From contig JAUCBJ010008991.1 in NCBI GenBank assembly GCA_032718475.1, forward strand, positions 1-58,445: a DNA stretch of 58,445 nucleotides, given 5' to 3'. Positions 1 to 10,379 of this stretch are shown piece after piece (position 1 is the first letter of the stretch; each line of letters starts with the position of its first letter). Origin of the DNA: Nemertoderma westbladi. Lineage: Eukaryota; Animalia; Xenacoelomorpha. A model generated the notes under the pieces. It saw only the letters and a program-made list of their open reading frames with translations. It was not told the DNA's origin and searched no databases. A program made the position numbers and the translations under genes.

Positions 1-3
1 GGT

Positions 4-90
4 GGACTGTCCGACAGGTTCTGTGTAATGTCTGATGGACTGTCCGACAGGTTCTGTGTAATGTCTGATGGACTGTCCGACAGGTTCTGT
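4..90. repeat. 33-bp tandem repeat (GGACTGTCCGACAGGTTCTGTGTAATGTCTGAT), ~2.6 copies visible, cut by window start
   Basis: Units start at 4, 37 and 70. Confidence 0.9.
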
Positions 91-183
91 TGTGTGTCAG
101 ACATATTTTAATTGTACAGTTGAATGTCTACTGCTATAATCACAGTTAAAGCAAGTCTAGTAATTCAGTAAGACTGTTGGCCT

Positions 184-460
184 AGTACCGGTAATTAATT
201 GCAATATATTAGAATACCGGTATACACTTATAATATATATAAGTATAACAGACTAGGTTTGTCACAGAGTACCGGTATATAATTTTAGCACAAATATATA
301 TAAATATATAATAGGCCTATCGTAAATACCGGTATACAGCTGACACTTATAGTATGTATAAGTATAATTATTACTAGAATTAATTACAGAATACCGGTAT
401 GATTTCAGTTCAAATTTATAGAAATAAATATAATAAACCTATTAGAAATACCGGTATATC
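184..460. repeat. Degenerate ~57-bp repeats each centred on palindrome TACCGGTA
   Basis: TACCGGTA at about 186, 215, 270, 327, 393 and 449, in similar AT-rich context. Confidence 0.6.
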
Positions 461-1460
461 AATTATTTAGGATAATTGAATTTCTGAAATTATAAGCTAC
501 TTAGTTACTTGAGTTTACTTTGTTACCGTTATGCAAGCAGTAGTCCAACTGATATTGTGACCTACTTGTTGTATGATAGGCCTACTGGTTTATAAATCTT
601 TTGAGCTGATTTATAATATATATATACCCTGATAAGGGGTTTGTTACAAGATTGAAATAGGTGTTACTATTTCTGGGAAATATCACTACACAGAAGCTGT
701 GCGCTTTCAGTGAAGTGCTACTTAGTGGACACTAAAACGAATAATTCTACTGGCCTAAGTTACTTATCTACTAATTACGTAATATATGGTTGAGATTACA
801 ATCTCTAATAAACACACAAAACGGTACGTACAGATTTTTAGGGCAATTTTACAGGGAAACTACTAACCAGTCTAACAAAGGGTTAGAACTCCTGGTTATT
901 TCAACGGACAGGATACTACGGTATTTGAAAATAATAAGCAGAAGTAAATATTGCGTTGTCTAGATAGGAAAATACCACCGCCTGACGACCTACAGCCGTA
1001 GCGCTATAGGTACAACGTTATGTATCTACGGAGTGTTCCTACCTAGAAGTTAATTACCGCCGTCTACCAGAACGAGCGTGCCTATTAACTACTTTACAAC
1101 ACAATAATGCCTACACTAATTACTCTCGGAAAGCACTGTACACTAAACCCTAAATTAGGTACAGGTACTTGTAAAAACAGATAACCAGTAGTTAAATATA
1201 CTTGAACAGTTAAAAGAACCACAGCATCTGCTGGAGTGACCGGGGCACTGAGTCACCAGTCTTTACCTACGCCAAGCAGCCCGTGTAGTACTGGGGTTAA
1301 TTTAACTATAACGGTATGTATAACAAACACAATTACTGTAGGAATAAACTTGGGGACATGAATGTTGCGAGTAATCGCATAAACTCTGAATAATAAATAT
1401 TACGCTACCCGTACAGAATACTCAAATAAAATACAAACCGGATGCTGACAAACTACCATT

Positions 1461-1945
1461 AAGCCTAAATAAACCACAGGATGTGCAGATTCCGAAACTT
1501 GTTAGTGAGTATGCGTGCTAATAAGGTAGCGCGGCTTATTCTTTATGGGGATTGACCTTACAACTTACGAGTTGCCCCAACTTACTAACTGGCACTTATC
1601 AGACTCTCTACACACGCGGCAATCTCTTCAGACCCAACAACAGCTAGGCAACAATCCAGCCTACAAAATATCTAAATAATACTATTACGGTATCTGAACG
1701 GACTATACAGACAGTACAGTATAAACGCTGACGGACTACTATCAAGCCTAAATAACCACAGTATATGCAGATTCCGAAACTTGTTAGTGAGTATGCGTGC
1801 TAATAAGGTAGCGCGGCTTATTCTTTATAGGGGTTGACCTTACAACTTACGAGTTGCCCCAACTTACTAACTGGCACCTATCAGACCCTCTACACACGCC
1901 GTAATCTTCAAGCCTAACAACAGTCAGACAACAGTCTAGCCTACA
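1461..1945. repeat. Direct duplication, 282-bp period
   Basis: GCAGATTCCGAAACTTGTTAGTGAGTATGCGTGC...TACACACGC occurs at about 1485-1617 and 1767-1899 with few mismatches. Confidence 0.9.
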
Positions 1946-2127
1946 ATGATCTGAACAATCTGAGCAGACTTACACGTCTTCGGCTCAATACTAACTTACA
2001 CGTGAATAAAATCGACAGAAATAAGTAAACTGTACAGAAGAATGAGGGGTGATCAATCCCTAATCCCCTAGCAGCCTACAATATACACTATATCACAATC
2101 GAAATAATACTAATGCACTTGGACAGC

Positions 2128-2204
2128 AGTACCGGTTATGACAGTTAGGCCTACGGACCTACGGTAATAGTACCGGTTATGACAGTTGGGCCTACTGACC
2201 TACT
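2128..2204. repeat. 41-bp tandem duplication
   Basis: AGTACCGGTTATGACAGTTRGGCCTACKGACCTAC at 2128 and 2169. Confidence 0.8.
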
Positions 2205-3507
2205 GGTACCGGTTCTGATGTACCGGTACTTTTCAATCTTATTGCTTACCGCAAATAAGATCGATAGCTATTATTGTACGCGCTTTTATAGACCTTCAGC
2301 AGTTTAACCTGCCGAAATTTATATGTCTTTATTGATAATCTGCCTTTTTTAAGATGATAAGATTTAATACAAAACAAACCAAAACATTAGCCGAAGCCAG
2401 TCCATGCGCGTCCAAATGACCCGTTTATAACACCGGGAGACTGGATTCGTGGGCTTAAATTTATTTGCGGTCAAGCCTACTGTATTATTCGATTGATTAC
2501 TAATATATAATCCCTGACAAATATTATTCACTTTCGGGAAATATTAGCAGTTCCTTTTAGGACGTGGCGCTCTACCTATGTAAACAGAGTTATGACTGAT
2601 ACTACACACAACGATATGGCTTAAATTTCAAGCATAGGGCGCATTCTTTAGGAATGCTTTATTATCAGATCCAAATCACTTTACAATCACGCACGCTACC
2701 GGTAACGCACAACACTGCTCACTGATATGCCGACAGTTACTGACTTTGATCAGGTATAAAGAGATACGCACTGGACTCAGGTAGTGTCTGTCAAACAACA
2801 TTAGATTCACTACAAACACAATAATAAAGTCGCAATTGTTGTACATAACCCTTCTCTCTAACCTGTAGTGTATCAAGGATATTGGGAAAATGCGGGTTGA
2901 TTATTGATATTCTTCAACTAATAACATCCAATTATACTGATACAAAATTACAAACAGTAAAAGCAGTATGACGGTAGGTTAAGATATAATTAGATTGCAT
3001 TGAATTAAGATCGATATAAAGTGATATGAATCGAGTTGATTTGGAATTGGTAAGATAATAGCTATGCTTTCTATAATTTAGCCTACTAATGTTCTTATAA
3101 AAAGGCAGAAAACATTTCGCTATTTCAACACGGTCTTAAAACACTGATAATAAAGTCTCAAAATCATAACCAAAAGTCCCGTGACTTTAGCTCTCTTATT
3201 TTCCAAGAATCCCGTTCAACACATGTAATCAGCAGTGAGACAGGATAATTTCAGTTCAGTAGCTCGGGATTGGTCGAAATCAGAACTAACTCAACGCAGG
3301 GCTATGGGTAACTGGGGCAACCTTCCCAAGCCGGCTGGCCAATCGAACAGCTCAGATCCCTCCTAAAGGATTCCAACGCCTTGGAGGGGGGAACTGGTTA
3401 GCAAAGAAAACAAATCAGTCATATCCCAGAAAAACCTTTACAGTAGGTTTCAGAGTATTTTAGCGTATGGGGGAAAAACTGGGTTGCGGGGCGAAGGGCC
3501 AGTTACA

Positions 3508-3586
3508 TCCCACAGAAGCTTTTACAAAGAGTGTCTAATTTTCGTTAGCTTCGTGGTTGCATTTCCTTTAGGAAATGCCTTTCTAG
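3508..3586 (+). mobile_element. 3' end of a divergent HINE subfamily
   Basis: Subterminal repeat with one mismatch (ATTTTCGTTAGCTTCGTGG), then hairpin and CTAG. Upstream sequence differs from all other copies. Confidence 0.75.
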
Positions 3587-3753
3587 TATAGTATTATGAC
3601 TTAGGACCAACACCTACCCCCACTATATGACTTATTCTGCATCCGAATTACATTGTTCTATTTTTCAGTTTCCATGACAACCACTGCAAACAGATGCATT
3701 TTGATAGAAAATCGGTAATTTGGACATAAACTACAATATTTTCTGAAACTCAG

Positions 3754-5023
3754 TCCACGAAGCTAAGGAAAATCAACTACTTTCGCTAAGAAAGATTTTC
3801 CTTAGCTGAGATGGTCTATTCATAGTGGGCTATTTTACTTGTATGAAGCAGATTTGGTTTTTTTTGACCCCCGGCAAATCTAGCCTTTAAAAGTACCCTG
3901 AAATTTTGCATGTATATACTACTCGACGAGGCGCATCTTTTGGGCCGGGTCTCATATCCAGGAAAAATCTGGTTTCCATGGCAACGGACTTCAAAAAAAG
4001 TCTATGTATTTCAAGTCAATATTTATAACTCTATTTGTAGGAAAACTATAATAGATATAAACTTGGGGTTTCGCAACACAACTATAAGGTCCATAGCAGA
4101 GCCGATTGAGGTTCAATAGAAAATCCAGTTGCCTTGGCAACCGGGCTAGACAGATGTTAAAATTTATAAAATGTTAATTTGAAGCCTAAGGTTAAGGTGT
4201 TATGGCTTGGGACCAACCCCTACCCCCACTATATAACTTATTCTGCATCCGAATTACATTGTTCTATTTTTCAGTTACCATGACAACCGCTGAAAACAGA
4301 TGTTTTTATTCAAAACTTATTCATTTGGACATAGACTTCACGATAAAATTTTACAAAACTGGGTATGTGTTATCTGGACCATTAGTTGGAACTTTTAGTG
4401 AAACTTAAATTATTCCAGAAATTTAGTTACCATGGTAACTGTAGTTTATTAAACTCTATATCATTCAAATCTATATTGATAACTCTATTTGTAGCAAAAC
4501 TGTAATATATATAAACTTGGGGTTTTGCAACTCATCTATAAGATCCATATCCAAGCCGTTTGAGGTTAATTAGAAAATACAGTTACCATAGCAACAAGTC
4601 TAAACAGATGTTAAAATTTATAAAATGATAATTTGAAGCACAAGTTAATAGTATTATGACTTGGGACCAACCCCTACCCCCACTATATGACTTATTCTGC
4701 ATCCGAATTACATTGTTCTATTTTTCAGTTTCCATGACAACCACTGCAAACAGATGCATTTTGATAGAAAATCGGTAATTTGGACATAAACTACAATATT
4801 TTCTGAAACTCAGTATATGACGTGTTATCTGAACCACAATCTGTACTGAATTTTTTTTCAAAGGTTAAAGCAACAGTTCCAGAGAACTCTAGTTTCCATG
4901 GGAATAGAAGTTACTTATTGACAATTGCTACTAAACGAAGCTAAGCAACGAACTAAAGTGTGGCCGTTTGTTTAATTTTCCTTAGCTTCGTGGTTGCATT
5001 TCCTTTAGGGAATGCCTTTCTCG
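3754..5023 (+). mobile_element. Complete HINE copy nested in another HINE at CAG^TAT
   Basis: Flanks AAACTCAG | TATATGTG rejoin the normal internal element sequence. Confidence 0.85.
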
Positions 5024-5437
5024 TATATGTGTTATCTGAACCACAATCTGTACTGAATTTTTTTTCAAAGGTTAAAGCAACAGTTCCAGAGAACTCTAGT
5101 TTCCATGGGAATAGAAGTTAATTATTGACAATTGCTACTAAACGAGGCTAAGCAACGAACCAAAGTGTGGCCGTTTGTTTAATTTTCCTTAGCTTCGTGG
5201 TTGCATTTCCTTTAGGAAATGCCTTTCTCGTATATGTGTTATCTGAACCACAATCTGTACTGAATTTTTTTTCAAAGGTTAAAGCAACAGTTCCAGAGAA
5301 CTCTAGTTTCCATGAGAATAGAAGTTAATTATTGACAATTGCTACTTAATGAGGCTAAGCAACGAACCAAAGTGTGGCCGTTTGTTTAATTTTCCTTAGC
5401 TTCGTGGTTGCATTTCCTTTAGGAAATGCCTTTCTCG
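4814..5437 (+). repeat. Three tandem ~207-bp HINE 3' ends (also 2x ending 6795/7002, 3x ending 8360/8567/8774, 3x ending 24757/24964/25171)
   Basis: 3' termini at 5023, 5230 and 5437, spaced exactly 207 bp apart. Confidence 0.92.
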
Positions 5438-8400
5438 TATGTTGTCGTCGTCAGTGGGCACATCGAAGAATGGTTGCAGTTCTCTGGAACAAAATGTACA
5501 GATAAGACTCGAAATACTAGATCCACGAAGCTAAGGAAAATCAACTACTTTCGCTAAGAAAGATTTTCCTTAGCTGAGATGGTGTATTCATAGTGGGCTA
5601 TTTTACTTGTATGGAGCAGATTTGGGGTTTTTTGACTCCAGAAAAAAGTAGCTTTTAAAAGTACCCTGGAATTTTGCATGTATATACCACTCATCGAGGC
5701 GTATCTTTTGGGCTGGGTCTCATATCCAGGAAAAATCTGGTTTCCATGTCAACGGACTTAGAAAAAAGTCTATGTATTTCAAGTCAATATTTATAACTCT
5801 ATTTGTAGGAATGCTATAATAGATATAAACTTGGGGTTTCTCAATTCAACTATAAGGTCCGCAGCAGAGCCGATTGAGGTTGAATAGAAAATCCAGTTAC
5901 CTTGGCAACCGGGCTAAACAGATGTTAAAATTTATAAAATGTTAATTTGAAGCCTAAGGTTAAGGTGTTATGACTTGGGACAAACCCCTACCCCCACTAT
6001 ATAACTTATTCTGCGTCCGAATTTCATTGTTCAATTTTGCATTTACCATGACAACCGCTGAAAACAGATGTTTTTATACAAAAATAACTCATTCGGACAT
6101 AGACTTCGCGATAAAATTTTACGAAACTGGGAATGTGTTATCTGGACCATTAGTTGGAACTTTTAGTGAAACTGAAATCATTCCAGAAATATCTTGTTAC
6201 CATGGTAACTGGGGTTTATTAAAGTCTATATCATTCAAGTCTAAATTCAATACTCTATTTGTAGCAAAATAATGTAATAAATATAAATTTGGGGTTTTGC
6301 AACTCATCTGTAAGGTCCATATACAATCCATTCGAGGTTAATTACACAATCCAATTACCATAGCAACAAGACTAAACAGATGTTAAAATTTCTAAAATTA
6401 TAATTTGAAACACAAGTTAATAGTATTATGACTTGGGACCAAGACCTACCCCCACTATGTGACTTATTCTGCATCCGAATTACATTGTTCTATTTTTCAG
6501 TTTCCATGACAACCACTGCAAACAGATGCATTTTGATAGAAAATCGGTAATTTGGACATAAACTACAATATTTTCTGAAACTCAGTATATGACGTGTTAT
6601 CTGAACCACAATCTGTACTGAATTTTTTTTCAAAGGTTAAAGCAACAGTTCCAGAGAACTCTAGTTTCCATGGGAATAGAAGTTAATTATTGACAATTGC
6701 TACTAAACGAGGCTAAGCAACGAACCAAAGTGTGGCAGTTTGTTTAATTTTCCTTAGCTTCGTGGTTGCATTTCCTTTAGGAAATGCCTTTCTCGTATAT
6801 GTGTTATCTGAACCACAATCTGTACTGAATTTTTTTTCAAAGGTTAAAGCAACAGTTCCAGAGAACTCTAGTTTCCATGGGAATAGAAGTTAATTATTGA
6901 CAATTGCTACTAAACGAGGCTAAGCAACGAACCAAAGTGTGGCCGTTTGTTTAATTTTCCTTAGCTTCGTGGTTGCATTTCCTTTAGGAAATGCCTTTCT
7001 CGTATGTTGTCGTCGTCAGTGGGCACATCGAAGAATGGTTGCAGTTCTCTGGAACAAAATGTACAGATAAGACTCGAAATACTAGATCCACGAAGCTAAG
7101 GAAAATCAACTACTTTCGCTAAGAAAGATTTTCCTTAGCTGAGATGGTGTATTCATAGTGGGCTATTTTACTTGTATGGAGCAGATTTGGGGTTTTTTGA
7201 CTCCAGAAAAAACTAGCTTTTAAAAGTACCCTGGAATTTTGCATGTATATACCACTCATCGAGGCGTATCTTTTGGGCTGGGTCTCATATCCAGGAAAAA
7301 TCTGGTTTCCATGCCAACGGACTTAGAAAAAAGTCTATGTATTTCAAGTCAATATTTATAACTCTATTTGTAGGAATACTATAATAGATATAAACTTGGG
7401 GTTTCTCAATTCAACTATAAGGTCCGCAGCAGAGCCGATTGAGGTTGAATAGAAAATCCAGTTAACTTGGCAACCGGGCTAAACAGATGTTAAAATTTAT
7501 AAAATGTTAATTTGAAGCCTAAGGTTAAGGTGTTATGACTTGGGACAAACCCCTACCCCCACTATATAACTTATTCTGCGTCCGAATTTCATTGTTCAAT
7601 TTTGCATTTACCATGACAACCGCTGAAAACAGATGTTTTTATACAAAAATAACTCATTCGGACATAGACTTCGCGATAAAATTTTACGAAACTGGGAATG
7701 TGTTATCTGGACCATTAGTTGGAACTTTTAGTGAAACTGAAATCATTCCAGAAATATCTTGTTACCATGGTAACTGGGGTTTATTAAAGTCTATATCATT
7801 CAAGTCTAAATTCAATACTCTATTTGTAGCAAAATAATGTAATAAATATAAATTTGGGGTTTTGCAACTCATCTGTAAGGTCCATATACAATCCATTCGA
7901 GGTTAATTACACAATCCAATTACCATAGCAACAAGACTAAACAGATGTTAAAATTTCTAAAATTATAATTTGAAACACAAGTTAATAGTATTATGACTTG
8001 GGACCAAGACCTACCCCCACTATGTGACTTATTCTGCATCCGAATTACATTGTTCTATTTTTCAGTTTCCATGACAACCACTGCAAACAGATGCATTTTG
8101 ATAGAAAATCGGTAATTTGGACATAAACTACAATATTTTCTGAAACTCAGTATATGACGTGTTATCTGAACCACAATCTGTACTGAATTTTTTTTCAAAG
8201 GTTAAAGCAACAGTTCCAGAGAACTCTAGTTTCCATGGGAATAGAAGTTAATTATTGACAATTGCTACTAAACGAGGCTAAGCAACGAACCAAAGTGTGG
8301 CCGTTTGTTTAATTTTCCTTAGCTTCGTGGTTGCATTTCCTTTAGGAAATGCCTTTCTCGTATATGTGTTATCTGAACCACAATCTGTACTGAATTTTTT

Positions 8401-8774
8401 TTCAAAGGTTAAAGCAACAGTTCCAGAGAACTCTAGTTTCCATGGGAATAGAAGTTAATTATTGACAATTGCTACTAAACGAGGCTAAGCAACGAACCAA
8501 AGTGTGGCAGTTTGTTTAATTTTCCTTAGCTTCGTGGTTGCATTTCCTTTAGGAAATGCCTTTCTCGTATATGTGTTATCTGAACCACAATCTGTACTGA
8601 ATTTTTTTTCAAAGGTTAAAGCAACAGTTCCAGAGAACTCTAGTTTCCATGGGAATAGAAGTTAATTATTGACAATTGCTACTAAACGAGGCTAAGCAAC
8701 GAACTAAAGTGTGGCAGTTTGTTTAATTTTCCTTATCTTCGTGGTTGCATTTCCTTTAGGAAATGCCTTTCTCG

Positions 8775-10262
8775 TATGTTGTCGTCGTCAGTGGGCACAT
8801 CGAAGAATGGTTGCAGTTCTCTGGAACAAAATGTACAGATAAGACTCGAAATACTAGATCCACGAAGCTAAGGAAAATCAACTACTTTCGCTAAGAAAGA
8901 TTTTCCTTAGCTGAGATGGTGTATTCATAGTGGGCTATTTTACTTGTATGGAGCAGATTTGGGGTTTTTTGACTCCAGAAAAAACTAGCTTTTAAAAGTA
9001 CCCTGGAATTTTGCATGTATATACCACTCATCGAGGCGTATCTTTTGGGCTGGGTCTCATATCCAGGAAAAATCTGGTTTCCATGCCAACGGACTTAGAA
9101 AAAAGTCTATGTATTTCAAGTCAATATTTATAACTCTATTTGTAGGAATACTATAATAGATATAAACTTGGGGTTTCTCAACTCAACTATAAGGTCCATA
9201 GCAGAGCCGATTGAGGTTGAATAGAAAATCCAGTTACCTTGGCAACCGGGCTAAACAGATGTTAAAATTTATAAAATGTTAATTTGAAGCCTAAGGTTAA
9301 GGTGTTATGACTTGGGACAAACCCCTACCCCCACTATATAACTTATTCTGCGTCCGAATTTCATTGTTCAATTTTGCATTTACCATGACAACCGCTGAAA
9401 ACAGATGTTTTTATACAAAAATAACTCATTCGGACATAGACTTCGCGATAAAATTTTACGAAACTGGGAATGTGTTATCTGGACCATTAGTTGGAACTTT
9501 TAGTGAAACTGAAATCATTCCAGAAATATCTTGTTACCATGGTAACTGGGGTTTATTAAAGTCTATATCATTCAAGTCTAAATTCAATACTCTATTTGTA
9601 GCAAAATAATGTAATAAATATAAATTTGGGGTTTTGCAACTCATCTGTAAGGTCCATATACAATCCATTCGAGGTTAATTACACAATCCAATTACCATAG
9701 CAACAAGACTAAACAGATGTTAAAATTTCTAAAATGATAATTTGAAACACAAGTTAATAGTATTATGACTTGGGACCAAGACCTACCCCCACTATATGAC
9801 TTATTCTGCATCCGAATTACATTGTTCTATTTTTCAGTTTCCATGACAACCACTGCAAACAGATGCATTTTGATAGAAAATCGGTAATTTGGACATAAAC
9901 TACAATATTTTCTGAAACTTGGTATGTGTTATCTGAACCACAATCTGGACTGAATCTTTTTTCAAAGGTAAAACCAACAGTTCCAGAGAATTCTAGTTTC
10001 CATGGGAATACAGGTTATTTATTGCCAAATGCTACTAAACTAGGCTATGCAACAAACCAAATTGTGGCCCTTTGTTTAATTTTCCTTAGCTTCGTGGTTG
10101 CATTTCCTTTAGGAAATGCCTTTCTAGTAAAATATTTTTAAATTCAGAAATGTTGAGGAGCGTTCCACATTGAAAATGAAAGTAGAGACAGCAGACTGTA
10201 CAGCTAAAGAAGGGGTCCGGCTTAGCGACCGCAGCGAAGCACAAACCACAGTTTTGGTTCAT
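8775..10262 (-). pseudogene. PHD-finger coding fragment split by a HINE; likely N-terminus of a CR1/L2-type LINE ORF (second intact split copy at 25172-26659)
   Basis: Joining 10262-10128 to 8858-8775 on the minus strand gives MNQNCGLCFAAVAKPDPFFSCTVCCLYFHFQCGTLLNISEFKNIL|SSISSLICTFCSRELQPFFDVPTDDDNI. This is an in-frame C4HC3 pattern followed by PF. The LINE origin is inferred from family knowledge. Confidence 0.8.
8859..10127 (+). mobile_element. Reference complete HINE copy (1269 bp), inserted at AGA^TAA in the PHD fragment
   Basis: 5' subTIR CCACGAAGCTAAGGAAAAT at 8860-8878. Internal 14-bp inverted partner at 8899-8912. ~455-bp central repeats (ACTCTATTTGTAG at ~9133 and ~9589). 3' subTIR at 10079-10097. 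Hairpin GCATTTCCT-TT-AGGAAATGC at 10100-10119. Terminal CTAG. Confidence 0.92.
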
Positions 10263-10379
10263 GGGGGCAAAGGAAGGGCAGTTGGTACGGAGAGCGCCAG
10301 CACTGATACAATAGTTTACTTAGGTAACAAGTTTAACTAAACCATGTGGCAACTATTTTCAGGCCCCTATGAAAAAAAA
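10128..10379. repeat. 252-bp non-HINE spacer S2, 9 copies (starts 10128, 12198, 19214, 21401, 26525, 29849, 33185, 34700, 36215); companion 84-bp spacer S1, 4 copies (5438, 7003, 8775, 25172)
   Basis: Near-identical copies, always lying between a HINE 3' end and a HINE 5' end. Confidence 0.92.

Larger units (their letters stand above)
1..3507. mobile_element. Possible terminal part of an LTR retrotransposon (non-coding), inserted into a divergent HINE copy
   Basis: Sequence switches after ...GGGCCAGTTACA (3507) to a short stretch leading into a HINE 3' end. GTTACA/TGTAAC is a common Gypsy LTR terminus. No gag/pol ORF, PBS or second LTR is visible in the window. Confidence 0.3.

Noticed and set aside
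10100-10127. Hairpin plus short T-run as intrinsic terminator
   Set aside because: It is the 3' stem-loop of the rolling-circle element. There is no upstream gene and the sequence is not prokaryotic.
8859-10127. Classification of the main repeat as a MITE / cut-and-paste element
   Set aside because: The inverted repeats are asymmetric (the 3' copy lies 30 bp inside the end), and no junction shows a target-site duplication.
10148-10323. Plus-strand exon-like frame with Kelch/RAG2-like VLVHGGK motif, flanked by AG/GT
   Set aside because: It is the exact antisense frame of the PHD finger, which has all eight ligands and continues across the insertion junction. The plus-strand frame has a stop at that junction.
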